Of a stretch of 64,000 nucleotides of DNA, positions 26,118 through 38,726 are shown one piece after another. Source of the stretch: Lingula anatina (Eukaryota > Animalia > Brachiopoda); assembly GCA_051362555.1 (NCBI GenBank), contig CM120649.1:11656001-11720000 (forward strand), given 5' to 3'. Both the position numbers and the translations under genes were made by a program. The notes beneath the pieces are model-generated. The model searched no databases, was not told where the DNA came from, and saw nothing but the letters and a program-made list of their open reading frames with translations. Position 1 is the first letter of the stretch. Every line of letters starts with the position of its first letter.

Positions 26118-29065
26118 ATAGATGAAAAATAAAATAAATAAAAATTGAAGACTCAGGACAGACTTAAGAAAAAAAGGTTGAATAGATAATTACTCTGTAG
26201 GATTTTTCACAACAAGAACATGAAATTGTATATTGTATAATGGTAATGTTGTTACTTAAGTAAAAGGAACAAAGATTGAAGAGATACAGCTCTCCTTTTA
26301 GAGGACAAAGCTAAGTTACTACATAAGCGGATGAGTATGCATGGTTGCAGAAGGACGATCAATTAATTATGTTCTTTAAATTGCATGTAAGGTATATTAC
26401 TGTATACCAGCATTTTGTTTTTGATTTGTCAAAGATTAAAAAATAAAAACGATTTTGTGCCAGACGCAATCTCACGTTGAGATATAAATCTGAGTGAATT
26501 TACATTAAATTTTGCCAGAAATGTATTATTTTAACTTTAATCTTTCACTTTTATCTTTAAAAGTTCGAGTTTTATCATTGTGTTATTCATATTAATAGTG
26601 ATAACATCATCTGAGAAGAATTTCCTACCTCCCCATCATCTGCTGTTACCGTAAACAAAAAGTTTTTATATTCTCTCTCTGGCTTCCCTGCTCTTGCTTT
26701 GTTGAATGGTTTTAGGTTCCCTGGTTGTCAAATAACAAAGAAAAAAGTTTCAGATAGGGAAAACAAACACAAAACCTTGCTATTTATGGAGCAGGTCATT
26801 TACATTTTGTATATGTGTTTGAGAGGGTTAAATAAAAACTTACTAATTCATCATGGATCTCAAAGCCTTTCCTATATATTGCTCACGCCAATGCATGCTG
26901 GTCTACAGAACTTGGCATAATTCCACTAGTATTCAGCCCATTACAATATAATCCCTAGTTATACTAGGGAAGTCCCACAATCATGTATTCGTGAGATTGT
27001 CTGTCCTGATATCTGGGGCTATTGACTTAAAAATTTCAAAATTTCTACCAGCCCTAATGGATTGACAATTAACAAGGGTTTAGGCTTGACGTTAATTACC
27101 TGCTCTCTGTATCCGGTCGTCATTGTCATTCATGCTAGACCAGCAGTAGCAACTCTCAGGAAGGAGGATAATGAACTTAGGGATGTATTTTCCTTTTCTG
27201 GAGTGTGGGTCCAAATCTTCCCATTCCTGAAATCTCTGCTTGAGTCCTGAAAACACAAACGTATAGTGACAAGTGGTACTAATTGATAAATATCTCATAT
27301 TTACAATATCCAATAGATAGTGTATGTATTGTGAACAGAAATAGAAAATTCAAAGTAACAGCTTACCTGGCAGGATAAGATTGAGATAGCCATAAAAGTA
27401 CCCCCATACTAGACCATGTGCAACATTACCAGTGGGAAGGGCTTTCTTCAGACCAACCAATGGGGCTAAAATACAGGTATGTCACATAATTTATACTTTA
27501 CGGCGATAATATATTTTAACTGACAAGAAAAGCAACTCATCTTTATTTAAAAAAAAAACATAACTATTAATATGTCACTACGTTTTTACAGCACCTTTTC
27601 TCAGTCTTTTGTACCAACGTGTGCCAACATGTTCTTATTCATAAAAGGAATAAATTTAAAGTAGAAAATCATAACATCATGAATTAACAAAATTAAAGAT
27701 CAACAAAAAAAAATTATTAATAATCAATAATACTAAAATACAACAATAATACCATTTCACAATTTACCTTTGATCCTGCTTAATAAAGTGTCAAAAAACC
27801 CTTCCTTTCTGCTATCAATTGGATCCAAAGCCCTCAAATGGCCAGGTACTTCTTCCAATTCTTCATCAGTGATGTTAGCATATACCGGGATTACTTGCTG
27901 CTTCTCTGATTTCTTTGCATGTGCCAAACTCAGACTTGTTTCAAATCTGCACCAATTACTGAAACAAACAGTTGCAGGAAGATGATCAGACAGGCGTAAA
28001 TACAAACCCTTGGTCACAAATAGTTGTCACAGGTTCAACATTTGAGTTCATCTTTCCGTCTTTCGATCTCTATCTCCTAATTCTTAAGAATGGAATCATG
28101 GAGGCGGTTATACTAATTATACTATCACTTCTATTACCACTACTACAAATAATAATAATAATAATAATAATAATAATTATTATTATTATTATTATTACTA
28201 TTATTATATAATAGAAACAAATAAAGAAAAGCAGTTATTTTGTCACGAACGGTTTCATTGCATATTCATTTGGTTGCAATGTGATGTGATTAGGACTCAA
28301 TGTGATTTGATTGTTGCATTAGGATCTGCTATTACCTGTTTAATGTAGGTTTTAACTTATAAATAAAGTTTTTGTTTCAATTTCCCTTTCTGTTTGGGTT
28401 GTTTCCCTAGTGAATTTATAAAATGGGAATACCGTTAAGTCCTTGTTTTTGTTCATAGAGCATTACCTATTGTGCCCACTCACAGACGTGCACTGATATT
28501 TAGGTTGTCATATTTGTTGTCTGTGAACGGTCATTCTATGTCGGAGAGTGTCTCCGGTTTGTCCTATATATTTCTCATCGCATCCACTGCAAGTCAGTAC
28601 GTAAAGTAAATGTGAGCTTGTGCAGGTGAATAGGTGTTTAATTCTAAATGTAAATTCATTTTTAAATGTTAGATAGCTCCCCTCTTTAATTAGTGGGCAG
28701 GTGCCGTCCATGGGTACTTCACATTTCTGTACTCGTATTGTTGAGGTTTCTCACATTTGTCTTGGAATTGTTTTCAAATTTTGCTTTTGTTAAAATTTGC
28801 TTAAGTGATGGACTTTGTCTTTTACTCTTTATTATCTGCATGTCAGTTAATATCTCATTCATTTTGTCATCTTGTTTAACCAATAGTAAGTAACCAGTTA
28901 TGACATTCTTTACTTTCAGTTTTTTGGATTATATGTTGATATGTACGGTATACATATGGGTTCCTTTTTAAAGAGGAAAAACACTTTTACTTTCAATACA
29001 ATTAGACTGCACCAGGAAAAACAATTTTACTTTCAATACAAGTATACTGCACGAGGAAAAACACG

Positions 29066-29111
<46 letters not shown>

Positions 29112-30046
29112 ATAAATTGAACAAGGATATATACAAGTATATTATGTACCTTTTTATGGAATGTGTAGTTATATAGAGCAATGATCTCCTGGAATGTTCA
29201 AAGTAATTGATGATACTCTCCAGCACTGGTTTGCCTGGTTCAAAGTCTCTTTCTGCCAACACGGATTTCACCCCTTCCTTATTTAAATCTGAAATGAAAC
29301 GAATATGTATACTCTCTTTTATTAAGGTATATATACTAATTGGGTGTTTATTTTGTCAGATGCATTCCATCCCAATTATTTCCGACGTTGCCTAATGAAA
29401 TGCGTCCGACTCATTAGTCTGTGAGTCTGTGAGCCGCTGTGTCTGTGAGTCAGTAATTTTTTTCTTAGATCATTAGTCAGCGGTGTGTTAGGGGAAAAAG
29501 TGGGCTCTGACCCCTCCCCAACTTCATTTTTTGAAAAACAAAATCACACAAAAATGTCTTTCCAGTGACCTCTCGACTCCGCTGAACTCAGCAATCAACT
29601 AATAAGCCTATGTTGTCAGTGAGTTGCTGTATTTTATTTCTGTAATATATGGCATACTTTGTCACTTAGACTGCATTCCCAAAGATTTTAGATCGATCTA
29701 TCGGCGTGGAGAATCTCACTGGATAACTGTCAGCTTAGCCTTTTTTAAATGACTGTCCCGCCTACTAAAAGCTGTAAGGGAGTAATTAATTTCCGTGCGC
29801 TGACAGCCATTTAGCGTGAACCCCCTGGGAGATAGGTCGATCCAGATGGATCGATCTAAACTATGGGAATGCAGTCTAAATTTATACAAGTCATTGTTAG
29901 AGATTTAATTGATCCTGATTTAGATAAAAAATACCAGAAGCAATGGTTAAAAACACACCTTCAGACAGCTGCTCCACCTCCCGCCTATCTTCAAAGCTGT
30001 AGGATATGAAGACATCATACTCATAGTCTCCCGCTTTTTCTGTCAT
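20119..30046 (-). CDS. STING: TIR-STING-TIR-STING protein (~704 aa, 16 coding exons): soluble tandem TIR / cyclic-dinucleotide-binding receptor
   Basis: Exons with GT-AG ends and consistent phases: 30046-29959, 29288-29150, 27958-27768, 27465-27367, 27246-27100, 26720-26629, 25930-25738, 25172-25069, 24844-24736, 23928-23784, 23405-23209, 22397-22299, 22110-21872, 21495-21309, 20479-20417, 20141-20119 (2115 nt, open frame). TIR1: YEYDVFISYS, ERDFEPGKPVLESI, SNWCRFE. STING1: NVAHGLVWGYFYGYLNLILP, RAGKPEREY, GEYSTP. TIR2: EYDAFVWHS, LVPVLVD. STING2: DIATGMAWSYYYGYLKLILP, RAGLPDRDY, SEYVTA. The STING segments match the human motifs [29 protein letters not shown] and EYATP. The last two exons are the least certain. 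Confidence 0.92.
22585..22735. repeat. 35-bp minisatellite, ~4.3 copies, intronic
   Basis: Unit cacaccacacccctctgagcagacccaccattatt at 22585, 22620, 22655 and 22690. Confidence 0.95.
22755..23043. mobile_element. Intronic MITE (CMC/EnSpm-like)
   Basis: TIR CCCGCACGAAAA(C/T)GCAGTAG, 2-bp AT duplication, and internal tactgca repeats. Confidence 0.85.
28150..28208. repeat. (AAT)n/(ATT)n microsatellite
   Basis: Direct reading. Confidence 0.95.
28225..28885 (-). mobile_element. Penelope-like element fragment (GIY-YIG) in intron 2 of the TIR-STING gene
   Basis: KSKRQSPSLKQILTKAKF...TCPLI...FTCTSSHLLYVLTCSGCDEKYIGQTGDTLRHRMTVHRQQI*, with stops and frameshifts. Confidence 0.88.
29669..29876. mobile_element. 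Intact ~210-bp MITE; same family as the split copy at 7671-7732 / ~12051-12199 and the piece at ~13709-13772
   Basis: TIR GACTGCATTCCCA / TGGGAATGCAGTC flanked by TTA/TAA. Shares the internal motifs tagatcgatcta and tttagcgtgaaccccc with the other copies. Confidence 0.85.
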
Positions 30047-32009
30047 TTCTGGAAATACATATGACAGTGGCAGATCATCTTACACGCAGAACTTATTCAC
30101 ACATAAATTAAACCCAAATACACGGTTTTGTATATCAGCATACAGTCCGGAGCCTGCTATGATTTTTGCCAACTGATTTTTTGTAGTTGAATATATATTC
30201 CTTAGACAAATATCGCACAAATATTATTTGTTTCATACAAAAAGGTGCATCAGCTCCATAAACCCTGACATGACTTGAGCAATGCGTTCATAACAACTGC
30301 TGTTCATTAGGTCCAATACAATCAGCACTTCAATGTAACACTTCAATGTTTAGATTTCGATTGTATAATTTATGCTAATTATGGTATACGCGCGCATATA
30401 ATGCATAGGAGTCGTCAAGAACATAACACCCATCGCCATTACCCAAGCAATTGTCACCCAACCCAAATACACCTTTGAAAGCAGGTTACAGTAAGACACA
30501 CGTGTAAACCTCACTACCTGTTTGTTCTCACCACAAGCGTCTTGCTATGTTTCTCGGCTAAATGTCGATTGTGAACCTGTAAGGTTGGTGTCCTCAATAG
30601 CGGTTAACTAACCTATTTCTTTCTCCTGTCGAACTGCGCAATATCAACTGTATGGAAAAAATCGATGTCTTTCGTTGTGCAACTTGAAAACATTGGGGTT
30701 AAAAGACTCATTCAAACGGAAACGCACTTTGTTAACATACAAACACTATTTATGTATTGTGTTTCAGAGTTAACAACAGCCGCGCTATATAGAAATAAGA
30801 TATGTAGCATTTATCTACCTTTCAGGGTTGCAGCTCAATCGTAAGATCGAAAAAGTAGGAGAGCATTTATTTTACCACCCTCGTTAACTGCAGTGTAGTG
30901 TAGCGATAATCAGGTTATCTTTTCCTTTTTAATTTTAAATGGTAATTTCTAGTAAGTGCCAAAATATCGTGAATTAAGCAAAACATGTACGCTTGATTTT
31001 TGGTTTTAAAAACTGCTTCAAAAATTGCCTGCTTTGCGTGGTTCTCAATATTGATTTTAATTTAGGAAATTTTGTGATGAAAAGTTCTTCTCGTTCCCCT
31101 GCTCCACCCTTTAAGAGCTGCTGTAATATTTGGTAGTCTAGGGTGAATGTTTTGTAGTCTATCAATGAAAAGAGTCAGTGGATTTCACCTTATAAGTTAC
31201 TTTATTTCGGGGGTTTCATATGATCTTAAGATCGTCACATCTGTTATTTTCTCTTTCTCTCTCACTTTCTATCTTTACAAAAAAAAAATAGAAGCCATAC
31301 GCCACCAAGCACATCTGACATAAAACAATACATAAAAATATCGTTAAATGGATTGTTGACACATGAAGGTAAATCGATCAATTCATGGAGAATGATCATA
31401 TAAATCACTCGGCCTTAGTCGCATGTGTTGGACTGGAATTATTTAAGTTAAATAATATGAGTATGTGTGCGTGAGCTTGTGCAAGTTACGTTTCCTTAAG
31501 AGTCGGCAGGTAGGACAACTTTTTCGTATTAAACAAGGATGGAAAATGTCAAAATTTCAGAAATGTTTTTATTTTCATTTTTTTTTTTTACTTTCACAGT
31601 CAATATGTTATTTTCTGTCACGTGTAGGCTACATCAAATGCAGATTGGTCTTTGGGGTCTATCCAATGATGATGTTATGGTAATAATTATTTAGATATTT
31701 AATTGAAAACAAAAAAAAAATAATAATAATAACGCTCGCCGATAGTACCTTATGAGAAAAAATAGAATGGTGGTTGAGACAAAAAAAAAGATAGATAATG
31801 CAAATCACGAAAAAGATTAATCGGATGTTAAAATAGTGACTGTGTCATCTGTACGCAGAAATAAAGTATGTGTATGGAAACTTAGTTGGTGAATAAACGT
31901 TTGATACCTTGTGACCGTAACAAAGCTAAAAGTGTTAAATTCAGTCACAAGTTCTGTCAATACCATCCCCACAGGGTTACGAACTGCAGCAATAGTAGGC
32001 CTTCTGCTT

Positions 32010-32072
32010 CTACTACTACTACTACTACCGCTACTACTATACTACTACTATTACTACTACTACTACTACTAC

Positions 32073-32101
<29 letters not shown>
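32010..32101. repeat. (CTA)n(ATA)n compound microsatellite
   Basis: Direct reading. Confidence 0.95.
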
Positions 32102-32105
<4 letters not shown>

Positions 32106-34813
32106 TCATATGTATTCGTCGTAACACATATTTACAAAGATTATTTATGACCAAAATAAAAAAGAAAATAATAACATGCATCTACTGTGAGTTCATAGTA
32201 AGTGCATACATGTTTATATAATGTATGCTATACAACTAGTCTGGTAATATTCGTGAGACGTGTAGTGTTTAAATATGAGGGTAAGCACTAGTAGGCCTAT
32301 TCATATCTGTTGTTCTTGTACACTGGTCGTTTCCTTTTAAAGAACCTTGAAACACGTCACTACACTTCAATCATCTGCATTGATTCTATTTTTACCCTAG
32401 GAGGTGGTTGGTAAAGAATTCCTGGTCATACGTGACTGCACACTGCTATGTAGTGTGCCAGAGTCCTCGTTGAGTTCTGGTTTCTTTTAGTGTGAGTAAG
32501 TTATTGGCAGTTGACCTATATACCCTGTGTTTTGATATACCTGCTGGTGTAGGTTATCTCTGTGCTTTTCGTACTGCATGAGGACATTGCAGGAGAAATT
32601 GGGGTGCGTTCTCCGCTCCCTAGCTGTCTACACAGTCTACACAGTCTGAGGGGTTCAGGGGTAAGAGGATTAGGTCACGTTGAGTCACCAGCCCAGTATC
32701 ATTTCAGACACAGTGTATTACAGGGATATTATATATAGATATAATATATTACAACACAATAACAATGCAATCTCAATACATAAGGAAGGTTATTTACCTC
32801 ATCCGACTCCAATTGAATTCCTCTTGAAAGTCATATTAATCAGTCTCATGACTATATTTCTATTTACAAAACAGGCAAGGTAAACATACTCCAGCCTTGC
32901 TATCACACTAAATCTGGGTCAGCACGCTGATACATCTGACCTAGATCTGACATTTAAATTAGATTTAATGCAGCTATATAGCTAAGCAGTTTGCACTGTG
33001 CATGTACGTTCCAGGCCAGTAAAATGATGAGCTGTTAATTAAGTTATCAATTCAATTTATTAAACCCTTCAGCCCTACGGCTCATCATACTCTTCCCTTA
33101 TTGTTGAGGTACACTAGCAAATGCACTGCATATTTTGCTGGGTGTAAGCACCTGTATTGAATTATCTTTTTTAGATGCTGGTAAATAATCTTAACTACCG
33201 CAATCTGTCAAACAAACCGTATATTTTCTGCTCTAACGCACTGTATTTAGAAAAAAAATTCTCCACAATGAGAGAGATCCTCGTCTGAGAAAATACAATA
33301 TGGATCCCCCGACGAAGTCAAAACAGTCCATCGATTATTTACCCGTAAGCCCATGAGTTAGCAGACCACACAGCTTAAATAGAAGATGCCCTGGCTACTG
33401 CTCCAAACCAGGGTTTTATTCAAATGTTTAGCTTTACTCCATGTTGCTTTTTATAAAAAGGGCACCAACGCACTTAAATGAGCTAAATGGTCACTTCTAG
33501 AGAACTACCACATCTTGTATACCTCCACTTTTAAAATCGATTACTGTAGGATCAATCTAGCTGTTATCCTCAATACTGGTAGATTTTCAAATAGGCCACC
33601 AAAATTACTCATTGATCTGTTGATTTCATTTTATCTATCATTTTATTTCGTATGTTTAGCTTGATCCCTAACGGTTTCCTTCATTCATTCATTTTTTCAT
33701 TCATACTTTCCTTTCCTTTCTGTCTTTCACAAATCACATTTCGTGAATATCACTTATCACAAAAACAACGATAGTACATATAATCACATATACTTTATTT
33801 ATGTACACATATGCATGTAGAAAAAGAGTCCATTAATTTGAAGCGAGTTGTTGCATGAAACATATTTCTGTGCTACTGGATAAATGCTTTCTACATTTAT
33901 AATGCATGGTTACTAGTGTCTCACTTGGCAATACAAACACAAATGGCACAGACTCTTCCCCGCGAGCTTACGCCATCAATTTACATTTTGCCTCATCTGC
34001 AAGAAGTGGGAACAACAATTGCCGTCATGTTAATCAATAGTAATTTTGCTTGGTACTCAATGCTGTTGTTTTAGGAACAAAAAACGTGAGGCCAACATAT
34101 TATAACTAGTAACACTGAGCAAAAAAAAAAAATAAAAAAAAAATAAAAAAAAAACTACATGCTCAAAACAAAGCTTAAAATAAGCAAATGTCATATATTG
34201 CTGTCACGTGCATAACTGTGCATAACTACTTACAGGAAAGTTTTATGTTATTTAGTACACGCATAGATTCAGTCCGAAATCTGAGGCTCAGGATAGGAAA
34301 CAATAGAAAAAGCATGCTGAGGCCTTTGTCCAACAGTGGAACACTATAGGCTCTAAACGATGATGATGATGATGATGATGAGATTCAGTCCGATACTGGT
34401 TTACTGGTACCTCGTTTCAGATAAGGTTTTATCAAACTAATAGAAAATTGAAACACATTTGTTAAATTGGGGTCCCATAACATGGACACCATTTGCGAAT
34501 GAAGAGTTCCTAGTCTTAAGAATTCTCAATTGAAGAAAGCAAAATTCAGAAATTTATTCTGTTTGTCTATCAAAATGTGTAAGAAATCTACATTCTGTGG
34601 TGTGTGTGGGCATATATAAGGCTCTTTGATTCCTTTTGATTTTCTACGAACTTATGTATAAGAATTTTGGGTAGGCATATCCTTCTAAACTAGGGTTTAA
34701 ACCAGTAGTAGGGCCTAAACTCCAGTGAGGCATCATATTTTGCAATGGCAAAAACCTTATTTGCTTGGGTGCGTCTAATAGCATGCATACATTTATTATC
34801 CAATTCGGGCGTT

Positions 34814-37800
34814 TCACTCGTTTATGTGACCATTTTCACTGGTCAAACCGATTCTGCTATCAGATGCATTTCCGGCTTCAGCTGACACCGTCTCTGCAAT
34901 TGCGTCCATTTTGTGCAAGTCATGACGGGATAAATGTTCTACTATTCCAGCACCAAAGGCATCTCCCAACACATTCACGCTTGTTAGCAATCGATCCCTA
35001 GAAAACAAAAACACATTGTTCATTTTGAAAGTACACTACATGAATAAACTGTGCACTATAAATTCTGCTTAACTAATCAGTTTTATTTTCAATGTATTAA
35101 GATTAACTTTACTCACAAGAACCAATCCACGGCAAGGACGAGCTGAATATCATTCAGTGGCAGGCCTACAGCAGTGAGCACAATTGCCAAGATGACGAAG
35201 GCAGCTTGGGGTGCGCCTGGTCCTACGGACGCCGTAATTGAAGTGATGCTTAAATTAAATAAAAACTTTTATACGCGTTTAACGTGAAACCACATTTATC
35301 TCAATCTAAGAAAGTTAACCAATATCAACACTCGAATGCCATTCAAAATAAATCACTGGCTTTTTAACAAAAGAAAATAAGAGAATATGATTTTATAGAT
35401 GTTTGACCTACTAAAACGCAGCCCTATCCTAGTTGAATTATCAGTGGCAGATTAAGGTGCAGAATGATTTTGTCTACCCTTTTGACATATTTAATAATGA
35501 TATACTTTCGGTATACCTGTATTATAAAATACTCGGGATAAAATATTGTACGTGTAACTTTTTTCCAATTTCTGAAAAGCAATACAACGATGACCGTGAT
35601 TGTACCTGACTGTAAAGATCTGATCAAAACCCAGTGGGATATTATTGACTTGCAGAATAAAGGCGGATGTCACAGCTACATACAGAGCGGTACCGTCCAG
35701 GTTAATTGTTGTACCGATCGGAATTACGAAATCCACAGCCTTCTCGTGGACGCCATTGTTTTCTTTACAGCACTGCATTGTGACAGGCATAGTCGCAGCA
35801 CTAAAAGCATAATTCATAAATGTCAATTTCAAGTTTATAAAGGTGAAAGCACATTCGCAAATGGCTGTACATTTGCCAACATTCCTGTTTATATAACAAT
35901 TTTCAGGTATAAATAATGAGTAATGTCAAAACAGATACCAGTACAATATACTTAAAATCTCCATTAGTAGACTTATTCACTGAAAGTACAGGGTTTACAA
36001 GCAATATGTTTAAACAGCTCCAAGCAATAAACTTTATATAAAAAGGGCCTTATAAGAGATGTAAAATACATATACAGATATTATATCATCTGATTGTGTT
36101 GGTGATATCTATCTAAAATATTTTGCCATATAATTATTGCACATTATGCCAAAATATTGCTGACCTAGAGGCCGTTCCAAGAGCCGTGAAAATCGCCTTG
36201 AGAACCCCGTAAATGTACTTGTACGGGTTCCTCCGAACAAAGATCAGGTAAATAATCGGGAGGAGAACATAACCATGAATAACAAGACCGATTATGACCG
36301 TCAGCAAATAATAACTGAGCTGCTGCAGCACACGAGCAGGATCATCCATGGAAACCACTCTCTCTGCAATCAGAAAGAACAGACCGATCGGGACATACCT
36401 GAAATGAAAAATGGCGAACAAATTCGATGTATTGTTGTGCGCACGCTACGATGGGAAACATACCATATATGTACTGGAATGACGCGTGCAAATTGGCATG
36501 AAAATGAAAATGGAATTTTAAAACGTGTGTATCTTTTAAACATTCGGATTTATATGGATTTAATCCAGCAAACAAACAAATCAACAGTCACATGGCTACA
36601 ATCATAAAGCACCATAATTTTTTTTTATATTAAAAAAAAACCTTCAACAACCATATTTAAGAGTTTACGATATGAATGTTGTTGACGAGAAAAAAAACAA
36701 TGATAGGAGAATATAAGAAGAATATGAGAGAAAAAAATAAAATAATAGAATTCTGCTTACCATAAAACGACATGAGTTAAAATAAGCACAGCATCGTACA
36801 ACGATGTGAAGAAATTCTTAAGGGGAACTCCGCGTGCACCCAACCTACTGATCACAATACCGAGTGCGACAGAGAAGACGATCAGCCCTAGCACATTCAT
36901 CCCGTCTTTGGTACCAGTAGAAGTGGACTTCACGATATATGGGACATTTACATAGTACTCCACTGAAATAAAACGATGGTGGTTAGCGGTGGTTGGCTCT
37001 CAGACTGCCTATATAAGATAATGCCAATTAAGGGAGCTTTACCGGAAACAAAAGACTAACCCAGTACCTGTTTATGTGAGGGATTCTGAGCAATGTGCAT
37101 ATTTACGGTCCCAAAAGTTGTAGACAGCACTTCATGCATCCACGCATATGTTTTAACCCACGGGTAAATTACATGTAATTAGTTTTTTTATAATAGTCCA
37201 AAATTAAAAGGTTACCAACATGTATCATTGTACAAGCACAGGTTATGTATGAAGGCGTAGTGTCACTCTCTGTATAAGAGGTTAATTTTTTGTGTTTCAG
37301 TAATCACAATATGTGGCCTATTGTAATATGCAAGTGAATGAACGAACTGCCAGTCGGACTATGTGTGAGACACGTATATTGATTAATTTAACCCTTCATT
37401 TACGGATCTTTCCTCAAAAGACATAAAAACACAACAACCTCACCGCTAACGTTATCTCTTCTTGTAACATTTCTTTGCATCACTTCTGAAATATTAGCTC
37501 TTTGATTGGACACTTCTGGGTCCATTGATGCTATCAAATGTGTGCAACGACTCGTTGAGTTGGGACATATCAACGACATGTTCATTATAACCCACCGTCT
37601 TCTTGATATCAGTTGCTGTCTAAAATAAATATATTCAAAGCAATTAAAAATAAATCATTTGATAAGGTAACATAGCACATATGAAATTAATATTGCATAC
37701 TGGATGAAGCAGCTGATGCAGAGGTATTTGTATGTGAATGTAAAGTTTATTTAAACTGAAAATAAGAAATATTTTCGTAGTGACTTGATCGACTAGATCA

Positions 37801-38726
37801 TCATAGATGCTTTGTCAGCTGTCTTTTATCCTAAAAATCTCAGGCGTTTATTTTGCTACATGTAAATTTATAGTGCGAAAAAATCAGCTTCATTCAAACA
37901 GTAGTGGAAATGACACAAGATTCTTATAAAATCTAGCTTATCAGTTTCCAAAGTTGAAAAATAACTTACTTGGCGGAACGCAGCTTCAATCAAGTTACTT
38001 GGAAAACAATTTCTGAGAAAAGAAAAACAATATTCCCAATTGGCTTGACTGCGCTTAACATTATAAGTAGATCGAACAAGCATGTACATGTGAGACACTA
38101 ACACAATAATCGTAAGGAAAACTTTTTTTCGCAAAATTTTACTTTAGAAAATTTTTCACGACATTTAAAATCGATGGGCACATGAGCACAATCTCTTTTG
38201 AAAACAATACATAGTTTCCTCCATAAATGCTCCCGTGTGTTCTAAACTTACAACACTAAATCCAGTAGAGAATCCAGCGTCTCGACATCCCTCACGACCG
38301 TGTCAGCTCTATCGACGCAGGGGGGTCGGGACATTCAGCCTCCCTTCTATTTCCTGGCTGTATGGTCACGACCAGAATTATGCCTAAGACCACAGCGAAC
38401 AGGGTGGTGCACAAAAAATAGGCGATCGTCCTAGCGCCCATTTTCCCCGTGGAGGACGAGGGTAAGGAGGCTATTCCTGTGATAAGACTCGAAACGGCCA
38501 GTGGCAGAATCAACATCTTCAGCATAAGTAGTAAGAGATCTCCAGGAAATTTCAGGTACTTTGCCTGCTGCGCGGTCAAGGGCGGATCCAGCGTGCCTAG
38601 CCCTGCCCCTAGGGCGATCCCTGAAGCCACGCCTAAGATGATACTTATAATCAGCAGATGTGGGCGAAAAGCTTCCCAGCATCTTGTCGCCTTTGACCGT
38701 GGTTTGCCAGACTGATTTTTACTCAT
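34814..38726 (-). CDS. SLC1 (EAAT/ASCT, dicarboxylate/amino acid:cation symporter) family transporter, 8 exons, with an apparent frameshift in exon 1
   Basis: Exons 38726-38252, 38012-37970, ~37615-37444, 36962-36761, 36398-36165, 35800-35606, 35248-35117, 34997-34814. Family motifs: [90 protein letters not shown]. The frame breaks at the G6 run at 38320-38325. Confidence 0.93.

Noticed and set aside
30974-31165. Possible third Penelope 3' remnant (EREELFITKFPKL)
   Set aside because: Too short and degenerate to support by eye.
34814-38726. SLC1 gene as a cGAMP importer
   Set aside because: Known cGAMP importers (SLC19A1, SLC46A family) have a different fold, and the SLC1 pocket is amino-acid sized. 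Nothing in the sequence supports it.
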